Shown here: positions 12,371-24,800 of the stretch, piece by piece | Numbering within the stretch: position 1 is the stretch's first letter | Layout: each line of letters opens with the position of its first letter | DNA from: Scyliorhinus canicula | Lineage: Eukaryota | Length of the DNA stretch: 64,000 nucleotides | NCBI RefSeq assembly: GCF_902713615.1 | Contig: NC_052152.1 | Span: forward strand, 35,129,810 to 35,193,809 | Direction: 5' to 3' | Notes under the pieces: generated by a model | Databases searched by the model: none | The model's input: only the letters and a program-made list of their open reading frames with translations | What the model was told of the DNA's origin: nothing | Program-made: the position numbers and the translations under genes

Positions 12371-15257
12371 GACTTCCGGTGGCAGCCATGGTGTGGCTCC
12401 CGCACATTTGGTGGCTCCCGCTCGAGGCGGAATTGTTTGGTCGTTTTTCACCTGATTTCTGAGGTGTTTGCTGGTGTGTGGTGCATGAGTACTGAGAGAT
12501 AGAAGTGCTCTCCCAGTGGGGTTGATTTATGGCTTATCAGATGACAAGTATAACGGGTAAGAGGCAACAATCCAGCTGAGAGGTTTTTTGAACTGCAACA
12601 GAAAGAAAGATGGCGGAGGGCATCCTTGCCCGCCCGGTGGTCTGCTGAGCGACTGGTGGACTTCTTCAATGCCAAGTTCCAGCAGCAGAGGCAAGAAAAT
12701 TCAGAGGACCTGGCTAAGGGCAGCATTTGAGCGAGTGGAACAGAGGCTGGACTGCAGAGTTCTGTGCTCCAGAAAGTGGAGTCAACAGTGATGGAACAGG
12801 ACTGTTGGCCTCGATGGAGTCCGAGATGGTACTCGTGGCAGAGGGCCATAAGCGGGTGAGGGAGAAGGTGGAGGACCTGGAGAATTGCTCCAGGAGGCAG
12901 GCCGAAGATGGGGGAGCAGCCAAGGTGGATGGTGGCGCAGTTGCATGGTTTTCTCAACAGGAAGATTGAGGTGGGTGAAGGATACGCAACACTGCACCTG
13001 AGAAGGAAACATGCTGCAGATCTATCAGGACTTGGGTGCGGAGTTGGCTAAGAGGTGGGCTAGGTTTAATCGGATCAAGACAGCCCTCGACAAGGAAGAA
13101 GTGAAGTTTGAGGTGTTTATCCTGCTCGTCTGTGGGCCATGCACCTGAATCGAGAATTCTATTTTGATATGTCAGAGGAGGCAAGTGGATTTATGAGACT
13201 GTGGACTGGGAGGCGTGGAGGAGCCAATATGGGGGAATATGGTGTGTACACCAGGCAGATTGTTGTACTTAGTGTTTGGGTGCAGTGTGGGTGTGTTTTA
13301 TTTGAGGAATTCCAGGTGATGGGTAGCTATGGGGTGGGGGGGGGGGGGGCAGCCGAGTGGGGCCATCATGCTAGCTGGTTGGCTAGTTAACGGGAGTGAA
13401 GTAGGGGATGCTGGTTAAAAAGAGGCTTTGGTTGATTGGCAGGGAGGGGGGTCTGCAGGGAGTCCCCCGACCCGTTTGATTAAGTGGAATGTTCAGGATT
13501 TGAATGGCCTGGTTAAATGTTCTTGCGTTTTTGTGCATTTAAGGGGTTTGAAGACAACATTGTGTTTCTTCAGGAGACGCACCAGATATTGGAGAACCAG
13601 ACAAGGCAGAGGAAGGGCTGGGTGGGGCAGGTGTTCCATTTGGGATTGGATATGTAGACATGGGGGGGGGGCGACAGTGTTGGTAAGAGGATGGTTTTCA
13701 AGGACAGCACGGTGGCGGAGTGGTTAGCACAGCTGCCTCATGGCACCGAGGTCCCAGGTTCGATCTCGGCTCTGGGTCACTGTCCGTGTGGCGTTTGCAC
13801 ATTCTCCCCGTGTTTGCATCGGTTTCGTCCCCACAACCCAAAGATATGCAGGGTAGGCGGATTGGCCACGCTAAATTGCCCCTTAACTGGACAAAATGGG
13901 GACGGTCCAGGGGGATAGTTTTGTGATGGTGAATGGGAAGCTGGAGAGACACCCATGGTGCTGGTGAATGTATAGGCCCCAAATTGGGGTGATGTGGAAT
14001 TTCTGAGGCAGTTTCAGCAAAGATTCTGTACCTGGACACACACCGACTGAATATGGGGGGGGGGGGGTCGTGCCCTAGATTGAAGATTTTGGCAATGGCA
14101 AAGGAACTGTTTGGGTTAATGGAACGCATGGGGGGGGGGGGGGGGGGGGGGCTGCCCTGTGGCAGTTTCAGAGGCCGAGGGCGATGGAAGTTTTGTATTA
14201 GATAAGGCTGTTGGCTGGATCAGTTTATTCAGCGATTGTGGTGATGGACCATGCGCCACATTGCGTGGATTTGCCACTGTAGAGATAGAATGTGAGGTTA
14301 TTGGCAGATAAGAGGGTTTGCGGAAGGGTGATGGTGGCCACCCAGAACTATGTGGAACAGAATAGGGGGGAACGAGAGAAACCTATATTGATTTGGGCAC
14401 ATAGGGAGAGGGTGGTGTGCGCCGAGAACGAGGCCATTATGAGGGTGGACCGGAGGTGCTCAGCAGCGCCAGAGGTGCTACTAAAGGAGAGGCAGCGGCT
14501 TCAGATGGGGTTTGGGCTAGTGTCCATGAGAATGACAGTGGGGCAATTGTGTAGAGCCAGAGGGATAAGAGTACGGGGAGAAGCCAGAAGGATGCTTGCG
14601 CACCAACCGAGGAAACAGGCGGCAAGGAAGATTGGGATGATGAGACACGACAGGGGTATGGTGGTATCCGAGGTGCTGTGTAAGGTGCCCAACAGGAGTG
14701 TTCGGACAAAAAAAGTCAGCTCAGAGTACTTTGGGTTGTATCAGGGGACAAGGTTGGGGCGCCCGCTCACCCATTGCGCTTTGCCCTGGTGATTGAGCTG
14801 TTGGCGGGGGAGGGGTGGGCTACCTGCTGCTCCAGTTGGTAGGGGTGAGATTTTGTTACCTTGGGATACAGGTGGCGCGAAGTTGGGGCCAGCTGCCTAA
14901 GTCGAACTTGGTGCAGCTGTTTGAGAATGAAAGCAGACTTTAAGAGGTGGGATGTGCTGCCATTGTCATTGGCTGGTTGGGTTGACCTTAGAGATGACGT
15001 TTTTGCTGAAGTCTTTGTTTGTGTTCCAGAACCTCCAAGTTTTTGTGCCCAAGTCCTTTTTTAGGAAGGTTAATGGGATGATTTTGAAGATCGTGAGGGA
15101 GGGTAAGGCTTCGCAGGTAAGGAGGGTGTTAGCAGCAAACATTGCAACCATCAGGAAATGGGCAGCGGAGGCGTTTCCTGTTGCCACAATTAGCTTTTGG
15201 GATTCTGTTATGCAAATATTTTTAAATGCCTTCAATAAAATGTTTTTTTTTAAAAAA
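12371..15257 (+). mobile_element. L1-clade LINE, internally deleted and decayed
   Basis: 5' GACTTCCGGT start; ORF1 (EDLENCSRRQ), endonuclease (WNV..LNG) and RT remnants; AATAAA plus A-tail; diverged TSD aaaaagc..gttt. Confidence 0.85.
13702..13893 (+). mobile_element. HE1-type SINE inside an L1
   Basis: Same consensus. Confidence 0.88.
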
Positions 15258-15757
15258 GCAGTAAAGTTTCAAAAAAAACATACACATCTTAACCTAAAAC
15301 TCTAATTTGAAATTCATACAATGACCTATTTCCATTGAAAAGTATGTTTTTATCATTTCCAAAATGAGCAGTACCACATTTTGTACAAATCTAGTGCCCA
15401 GCCATCTGTAGCTACTATATTTATGGCCAAGTTGTTAAAATGACAAGCAATTCATTCATTTCTAAAGTAGCGAACAAGTTGAATTTTAAGATACAAGCTC
15501 CCCAAATATGCAATTTTAAAAAGATACAACTACCAGTTGGTTCAATGTATTTCCCTGTCCCAACTTTTCATCCCTTGTCCAAAAGTGAATCCAATCCAGA
15601 GTACGGATGCCCTAATTTGGACCCCTCTAGTCTGGCAGTTCAGAAAAACGTAGTTTTTGTGCAGTTGCAGAAATCCAGCTATCATTCGCCATTGAGACAC
15701 TTGGATTTTCTTACTGTGGTCATCTTCCTAATGACTATTATCCTTATTCAATATGCA

Positions 15758-15869
15758 CTAGGAAGTCAGATTATGTTCTGGGGTGCTGCATTTTTGCATC
15801 TTGATAACCCTGTCCAACTCGTCAAGGCAGGGTTTGATTAATTTGCTCTGTGTGTATGCAATTCTGAGT
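15758..15869 (-). CDS. cut8: cut8-like terminal exon 7 (RLRIAYTQSKLIKPCLDELDRVIKMQKCSTPEHNLTS*)
   Basis: Acceptor ttcttttctcttacag, phase 2 matches exon 6, TAG at 15758-15760. Confidence 0.82.
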
Positions 15870-18800
15870 CTGTAAGAGAAAAGAACAGTTATTTCATGGC
15901 CAAAGAATGGCTGTGCTTTATTAACAAAATTGCTTGTAAAACATCACTTCCTTGAATTACGACACAAGTGCATAAACATACAGCATAATGAACATCAAAT
16001 CTGCCTCCCCAAAATAGTTTAAATGCTTGCTGATGCGTTGTCATGAATAAGAACTGTGTGAAGAACTGAGTGGGTGCTGGCATATTAATGGGCACCTGTT
16101 TTAAACAGAGTATTAGTACACATGAAAGTAAATTCAGATGACAGCCACCAAGAAAATGCAGTGTTATTGTAAAATAAGTGGATCAGCTCTGGCTTTCCAC
16201 ATGGCTTCAGGAACTAAACATATTTTTGCTGCAGCATTCCAAAAGGCAATGCAATCCACAAGTTGGTGGTGAAGCAGTAGAGTGGTCAACATATGCATGC
16301 ATGTCAAGCTAACGTCGAGTGCAAGAGAGCAAGTAAGCGCAAGGCTTCAGACCAAAAAGGAAAACAATACATGAAGCTTTATTGCACTGTGAAGTGTTGA
16401 GATACTGTTCAATTACAGATAAAAGGAGACAACGATTGGGGAAATATTGTGTTGGTAGATTTTCCCAATTGTTCAGAGTTGCTCTTTGTTTTTGAAAGAA
16501 ACACGAGCCAAATAAATTGACACTTAATAAACAGGCAGTTCATATAGGGGAGCAGAAGCAAAGATTCACCAGAATGCCCTCAGACTAAAATGGTAATTGA
16601 TGAGGACAAGCTGCACAAAAAGATCTCGGTTCAAGGTGATAGAAAATCATTGAGTGATGTAATTTTATGTAGGGAAGTTATTCCCTCTGGTGGGGTAGCG
16701 CAGAATAAGGCGCCATAACCTTCAAATTAGAGCTTGGCTGTTTCGGGGAAATGGTGTGAAGTACTTTACACAAAAGGGAAATAGAAATTTGGAACTTTTT
16801 CGCCCACACCTTCCCCAAAAACCTACTCAGTCTAGATCAATTGAAAATGTCAAAACGGAGACTGATACTGTTACCCTACTCTTTTAAAGTCTCTCGGCGT
16901 AGTTATTTTTGATATGCGAGCCTGGAGAATTAGAAGTTGCTATTTGACCATGGGAATTCTTTGCTCAATTCTTTGCTTTCACAGTGTATTGCATTTACGC
17001 CACTGCTGGCCTTGAAGTCTCATTGATATATCCCCTCCCCAGCCCAGGTGAGAGCAAGCTGTAATAACATTGCCCCACCAGTTGAACATAGAACAGTACA
17101 GCACAGAACAGGCCCTTCGGCCCTCGATGTTGTGCCGAGCAATGATCACCCTACCCAAACCCACGTATCCACCCTATACCCGTAACCCAACAACCCCCCC
17201 CCCCCCCCATACCTTACTTTTTAGGACACTACGGGCAATTTAGCATGGCCAATCAACCTAACCCGCACATCTTTGGACTGTGGGAGGAAACCGGAGCACC
17301 CGGAGGAAACCCACGCACACACGGGGAGGACGTGCAGACTCCGCACAGACAGTGACCCAGCCGGGAATTGAACCTGGGACCCTGGAGCTGTAAAGCATTT
17401 ATGCTAACCACCATGCTACCGTGCTGATATTAGGCAACTCCGCTCAGACCAGATGTTGAACTCGGAAACTTCCTGGTTTGTGCAGCTCAGTTCTACTTTG
17501 CCCATCATCTCTCCAACTGAGCAGTCGGGGATACAGGTTTATTCATCAATAGATTAATTAGGAGAGAAAAAAAGAAGTTGATACTCAAAATATGAAGATT
17601 TCCTTTGTATAGAACATAGAACAATACAGCACAGAACAGGCCCACATATTTGTGTGACATTGAGATACTGGACGAGGCAAAGGTATAGCAAGCAATTTTA
17701 TTTTTTTTAAAAACAGTATCCTTGTCCTATTGGTAAAAGAGACACCTAAAGGTCCAGCAATTTCCCTAGTCATCCCAGTTTGGGTTGGGACAGGGGGCAT
17801 GAAGAAAACAAAAAGGTACTACAATTCAGTAACCCCTAATGAAAGTATGAATATTATGGCATGGGTAGGATTTGGCTGGATGATTCTTGCACCAAAATAG
17901 CCTGTCAAGGTACCAAAGGGATCTTAATAGCCAGATCCTGGCAAGGGGGAAAAGCAAAGAGCAAATTTGACAGAAAAATTACAAGAAAATTAGGAATTGA
18001 AAAGATTATAAAGAAAAGGTCAGTCTTCAATTTCAATTCAGTCGTGCAAGACATTTCCCATTCAGCTGCTTAGTGACATTAAATGGGAGAGGAGAGGAGA
18101 CAGGAACCAAAAGAAAATAAGAGCAAAAATGTGACAATGTCCTAAAATGAAAGAGAATACAGTACTTCAAGCCATCCTCAAAGCCATTCAAAAGTCACCA
18201 ATCTCACAGAAACCTCCATCCATTAGCCATTTAGAATAGAGTTCAACATTATTTTTAAACACTAGCTTTCGGAGCAGTGCTCCGAACGCTAGTGTTTGAA
18301 ACAAACATGTTGGGCTTTAACCTGGTGTTGTAAGACTTCTTACTGTGCTCACCAAAGTCCAACGCCGGCATCTCCACATTATTTTTAAAAACGCATTTTC
18401 AAATTCAGAAAAACTAATTCATTTTCAAAAATCTGAGATAGATTTAATTACAAAAGACAGGTAGACAGCACAGCATAAATAGGTACCTTTTCTTGAGTCC
18501 TTCATACTTCTCCAATTCTAAGCAGCTTCTCTGCAAGCTTGTCATGCACTGAACAGCTAAAGCAGTAAAACATTGTTGTGTGCTTTCATTATGGAAGCTA
18601 TTATCCCACTGAGGAAGTTCACTTGTACATCGCCAGGCAATTAGTACATAGTCTAATGCAGTTTCCCAGCACTCTGCTCGCAATAATAATCTCCCTTGTT
18701 CCAAGCAAATTTTCTGCAAGGCAATAAGATTTGATGCATTACTAAAAGCATTTCCAGAAGTCACTTTTGTCTTGTTACACAGAATTTTCTAATGGCCCAC

Positions 18801-21800
18801 CAGTTGAACTTGGCAGCATGTTTCCATTAAGAACAGGAGATTGGGCTTAATAGAACCTAGAAAGAAAATGGTTCCCCATTTCCTCTTCATAATGTCACAT
18901 GCCGTGGTCAAGAATTCAAAAATCCTGCCTTCATACTTGAATATGTTTAAAACTTTGTGTACATCATAAACAATAAAAAGTAGGATGATTTTTTTTTTGC
19001 TTTTACTTAGCTGGTGTTTTTAAACAGTATTAGCAAGAGGAAAATTGTCAGCAATGGCCTTGGAAGTATTGATGCAAGATATTGAATTCACATATACAGT
19101 TGATGTTGAATCAACTCACTAGGTTGCAGGTACATAGGGCAGCACGGCGGCACAGTGGTTAGCACAGCTGCCTCACTGCACCGAGGTCCCAGGTTCGATC
19201 CCAGCTCTGGATCACTGAGCGTATGGAGTTTGCACATTCTCCCAGTGTTTGCGTGGGCTTTGCCCCCACAACCCAAAGATGTGCAGGTTAGGTGAATTGG
19301 CCATGCTAAATTGCCCCTGAATTGGAAAAAATTAATTGGTACTCTAAAATAAATAAAAAAAGATTGCAGGTACATGTTAGAGTTAGATCAGGGTGGGGAG
19401 GGACATACTCCATCTCACCCAAGATCAGCATTTTGACCCAAGGTATTTCTAATTTATATTGAAGGCTTCAAAACTGCAGCTGGTCAGTCAGATTCACAGA
19501 TACAACCTAATCAAATGGTGCTGTTGAATCTGAGGCGATGACAAAAAAGTGGGGAAAACAAAGTAGATAAAATTGAGTAACTATGGGAGACACAGTGGTT
19601 AGCATTGCTGCCTCACGGCACCAAGGACCCGGGTTCGATCCTGGCCCTGGGTCACTGTCCATATGGAGTTTGCACTCCCACAACCCAAAGATGTGTAGCC
19701 AAAAGAGAAAATGCTGGAAAATCTTAATCCTGTTTGGCAGCATCTGTAGGGACCGAAAAGAGTTAACATTTCTAGTCCAGATGACCCTTTGTGGGTCATG
19801 TGTATGGTAGGTGGATTGGCCACGTTAAATTGGGAAAAAAAGAAATTGGTACTTTAAATTTATAAAATAATTGAATAACTACTGAAAATGCAAGGTGAAA
19901 AAGGTAACCCAAGGATTCAGTGAATTTATAATAGCCAAATGAATGAGGTGAAGCATTGCAGACTTTTAGTAGCTGACAGTAGTCAACTGGCAAGTTGCTG
20001 CAAAGTAGACAGAATGCTGAATTACATAACCAGAGGGCAAGCAGCTGCTGGTGACCAAGCCATTGAAGTGGTGGATGTCTGAAGAAATTTGAGGTTTTTC
20101 AACCTTAAAGTAACCAAAGATATTACGGCATTATTAGTTCTTCAGTGTAAACCTAGATAGGGCAAGAAGGACATGGTTGTGAACCAGTAAAAGGCAAGTT
20201 TAAGACTGAAGCAGGCTCTTCATGCAAAATTCCAAGAAATGGAATAAAATTGTTGGTGAGGAAAATGGAAGAACTAAACCATGCAAAATAGTTGCATGTT
20301 TTAGGGCAGAGAAACTAAACCAAAACCCTTTTGGATGTAAAGATTGACAAAATGCCTTGTTAGTTGTTTACCTACTCTAAACCTGGGGCGGAGGAAATTA
20401 TTTTCGTCTTCCCTTGCTCGGTGCAAAGATGTGCTCATGGCAAATAAACAATTGGATTTACAATGCCCGACACATGTATAGCATGATGTTACATGTCACC
20501 TTTCAGCCAAACCTGAATGTTTTCAGGTCTTATTACATGCAGGAATGGACAGATTCAGAGAAGGTATTGAACACATAATTATCGAGCATCCTCATTTCTG
20601 ACCTTATGACAGAGGGCAGGTTAGTCATTGGTATCTGAAGATGGTCAGACCGAGGACATTACCCCGAGGAGCTCCTGCAGCAATGTCCTGGGCTGAGATG
20701 ATTAACCTCCACAACCATATGACTTAAGCAAATTGAGAATTCCACTCCCAATTTCCATTGACAAATGTGCTGAGCTCCTTGATGTTGAGGGCAGTCACTC
20801 TAGCTTCAACTCTGGAATTCAGCTAGTTTGTGCATGTTTGGACCAAGGTTGTGAAGAGACCTGGAGCTGTGCGGCCCAAAAGAACCCAAATCAAATATTG
20901 GCGAGCAGATTCTTACGGACCACGTGCCACCTTAAGAAACGCTTGGTGACATGTTCCATCACTTCACTGACGATGGGAGTAGATCAATTAGCCAGATTAG
21001 ATTTGTCCTGCTTTTTGCAGACAGGATCTGGGCAATTTTCCACATTGCCAGGTATATGCCTGTAGCAGCTGTACTGGAACAGCTTGGTTAAGGGCACAGC
21101 TAGTTCTGGGGAACAAATCTTCAAGTTGTCAGGACACAGCCTTAGCTGTATGCCGTGTTTTCAGCCGTTTTTGATATTACATGGAGTGAATGAAATTGCC
21201 TGAAGACCAGCGTCTATGATGCTGGGGACCTCAGGAAGAGGCAGAGATAGATAATCCACTTGGCTGAAGATGGTTGCAAATGCTTCAGCCTGGTCTTCTT
21301 CGTTAACATGCTGTGCTCCCCCATTATTGAGGAGGATGTTTTGGACCTCCTCCTTGCATTAGCTATTTAACTGTCCATCAGTATTTATGACTGAATGTGG
21401 CAGGACTGTAGAGATTTTCTGTCATATGTCTAATATTCTGCTTCTGCTGTTTTGTATACACAGTCCTGTTTTGTAGATTTACCAGTTTGCCACCTCATTT
21501 TTAGCTATACCTGGTGCTGCATTGGCATACACGTCTACAATTTTGATTAAACCAAGGTTGATCCCTTGGCTTGATGGTATTGGTAGAATGAGCAATATGC
21601 CGAATCATAAGGTTAGAGATTGTGGCTAAATGCAATTCTGTTGCAGCTGATGGCCCACTGCATTTCATGCCCAGTTTGGAGCTATTAAATCTATTGAGCT
21701 TCTCACATTTATTACAGTGGTAGTGCCACATCACGTGCAAAGACAGGTCTTGCCAGAAGGACTGTGCAGTGGTCACTCCCATCAATCTCATGGATAGATG

Positions 21801-24800
21801 CACCAGTAGTAGGTAGATTCAGGAGGAGGTCAAGTAAATCTTTCCCGCTTGGTTCTCATACTACTTGCTGCAGGCCTAATTTGGCCTTCAGGATTCACCA
21901 GTAGTGATGCTACCAAGACAGTGTTGGGCATTGAAGCTCCCCAACAGAGAACCTGTTTCCTTGCTACCCTCATGCTTACTGCAAATGGTGTTCAACATGG
22001 AGGAGCACCATTTCATCATCTGAGGGAGGGAAGTGGTAACCAATGGGTATCAGGGGAAAAACTCTCCGCTGGCTGGAGTCGTACATTTTTAAAAACATTT
22101 CCAATTAAGGGGCAATTTAGCATGGCCAATTCAATTCACCTACCCTGCACATCTTTGGGTCATGGGGGTTAGACCCACACAGACACGGAGAGAATGTGCA
22201 AACTCCACACAGACAGTGACCAGGAGCTGGGATCAAACCCGGGTCCTTGGTGCCGTGGTGCGGCAGTGTTAATCGCTGCGCCACCATTGCTGCCCCTGCT
22301 GGAGTCATGCCTAGCACAAAGGAAGATGGATTGTGGTTTTTGGGAGGTCAGTCATCTCAGCTCCATACATCGCCGCAGGGGTAATGTTCTGAGCTCACCC
22401 GGCTTCAGTTGTTTCCACCAAAAGAGCAGAAGTGGGGATTTTCGCTGATATTTGCGCAATGTTCAGCATCATTCGTGACTCTTCAGATACTAAAGCAGTC
22501 CCTGTCAGAATGCAGCAAGACAGACAATATCTAGGCTTAGGCTGACAAGTGGCAAGTAAAATTTGTGCCACACAGGTGCCAGCCAATGGCCATCACCCCA
22601 TGACATTAAATGGCTTTACCATCAATAAATCCCCCACTATCAACATCCTGGGTATTACCAATGACCAGAAACTGGGAATTGTGGCACATAATTCCCTGCT
22701 TTGTCTGCGTGGGTTTCCTCCGAGTGCTCCGGTTTCCTCCCACAGTCCAAAGATGTGCAGGTTAGGCCATTCTAAATTGCCCTTAGTGTCCAAAAAGGTT
22801 AGGTGGGGTTACTGGGATAAAGGGGGATAGGGTGGAGGCACGGGGCTTAAGTGGGGTGCTCTTTCCAAGGGCCGGTGCAGACTCAATGGGCTGAATGGCC
22901 TCCTTCTGCACTGTAAATTCTATGATAACTCACCTCCTGACTGCCCAAAGCCTTCCCACTATCTACAAGGCAGAGTGTGATGGAATATTCGATATTTGCC
23001 GTGGTGAGTGCAGCTCCAACAACACAAGAAGTTGGACAATATTCAGAACAAAGAAGCTCACTTGATTGGCATCACATTCACACCCTCCAACACCGACCAC
23101 CATGTGCACCATCTACAAGATGCACTACAGAACTCACCCAAGGCTCCTTAGGCTGCACCTTCCAAACCCATGACCACTACCATCTAAGAAGGACAACGGC
23201 AGCAGACACGGGGAACACTATCACCTGGAAGTCCTCCCCTCACCTCCAGCACTGTGGGGGTACTTGCACCTCATGGTCAGTAGTGGTCCAAGAAGTCAGC
23301 TCACCACCACCTTCTTATGGGCAATTAAGGATGGGCAATAAATGCTGGCATAGCCAGCGACAGCCACACCCCATGAATGAATTGATTAAAAAGAAAATCA
23401 GGTGGTTTCCTTTCTCATATTAACCTGAAACGAGACTTCATGCCGTCCAGAGACAATGTTAAAGACTCACAGGGCTTCTTCTGCCTGACTCTATCCTAAC
23501 AGTGGATCAGGACATACTCCGAGATGGTATGAGAGGTGTCTAAGGCAGTGACTGCAAGATATTCTGTGAGTCAAGCTGTATCTTAACTAGTCTGCAGAAG
23601 AGCACTCAATTTTGGCACAAGATCCAACATGTTGGAGAGGATTTTGCAGGATGGACTGGCAGCATGTGCCTTTCATGTCTGTGGTGCCTTGGTTGATGCC
23701 AGGTGGTCTATTCGTTCTTGACTTTTCTGTGGTGGTTTGATGTTCTAGATCAGCATTTACAGACCTTGACTGGTATGTGCACGCAATGAAAACAGCTTTA
23801 AGCATTACTATCAAATAGCCTGCATTACTATCAAATTTTGTGCATTAAATGGGTAGAAAAATTGAATGAAATTCAACCCATTTATTTTGATGTTCCCCTC
23901 GCACCATGTGCAAGAACAATGTTGGTATAGAATACAAACCTTAAAAGCCTGAAGATGGACGTGCGCTTTTCGGTAGCAGTATGCATCTCTATTGGAACCC
24001 AAGCGCCATCGAGGTATTGATCGGTACATGTTGATTTTACTCAGCTCCAGCTGTTCCTGAGCAAACTTCAAGTTCAGCGATGGAAGAACCAATTTTAAAT
24101 CCTGTTCAGGAAATTTCAAAAAAAGTCTCCTTGAACTAAATATCCTTATTCATAAACTGAAATATTTTTGTCACGGAATAGTTATGAAAGTGAAGAACTA
24201 AAAGTACTGCTGCAATGCAAGTACATACCTCTTCTTCAAGTTCTGGATATCTGTGCAATAAAAGAGTGCGAACAAGCTGGGAAGAAGTTAGGTCATTTAG
24301 TTGGAATTCTAAACTTGCATCTGGCTTAAAATTCAGTCGCTGTTTCTTGAAAGGCAGTTCTAAGGAAAAAGAAAAGAAGCTGAATTTTAACTCTTCCAAA
24401 TACATTTTTAAAACTTTTTAATGGTAGGTGTTGTCTTGTTTAAAAATTCAGTCATGTGATGTGGACATCTCTGGCTAGGCCAGCGTTTATTGCCTATCCT
24501 CAATTTTCCTAAAGAAGGTGGTGGTGGGGCACAGGGGGTCGTCAGGTAGGGTTCCATGATTTTAACCCAACAACAGTGAACAAATAGCCTTACTTTTATG
24601 TTCAATTCCTCTCATAATAAAGCATAGCATTCCATTAGCCTTCTTAATTACTTGCTACCCTGCATACTAACTTGTGACCCAGCACTAGAACACCTTATAC
24701 CTCAGAATTCTGCAGTCATTCTCCATTTAAGTAACGTTCTGCCTTTTCACTGCCAAAGTGAACTTCACATTTTCCCACATTATACTCCATCTCCAGAGTT

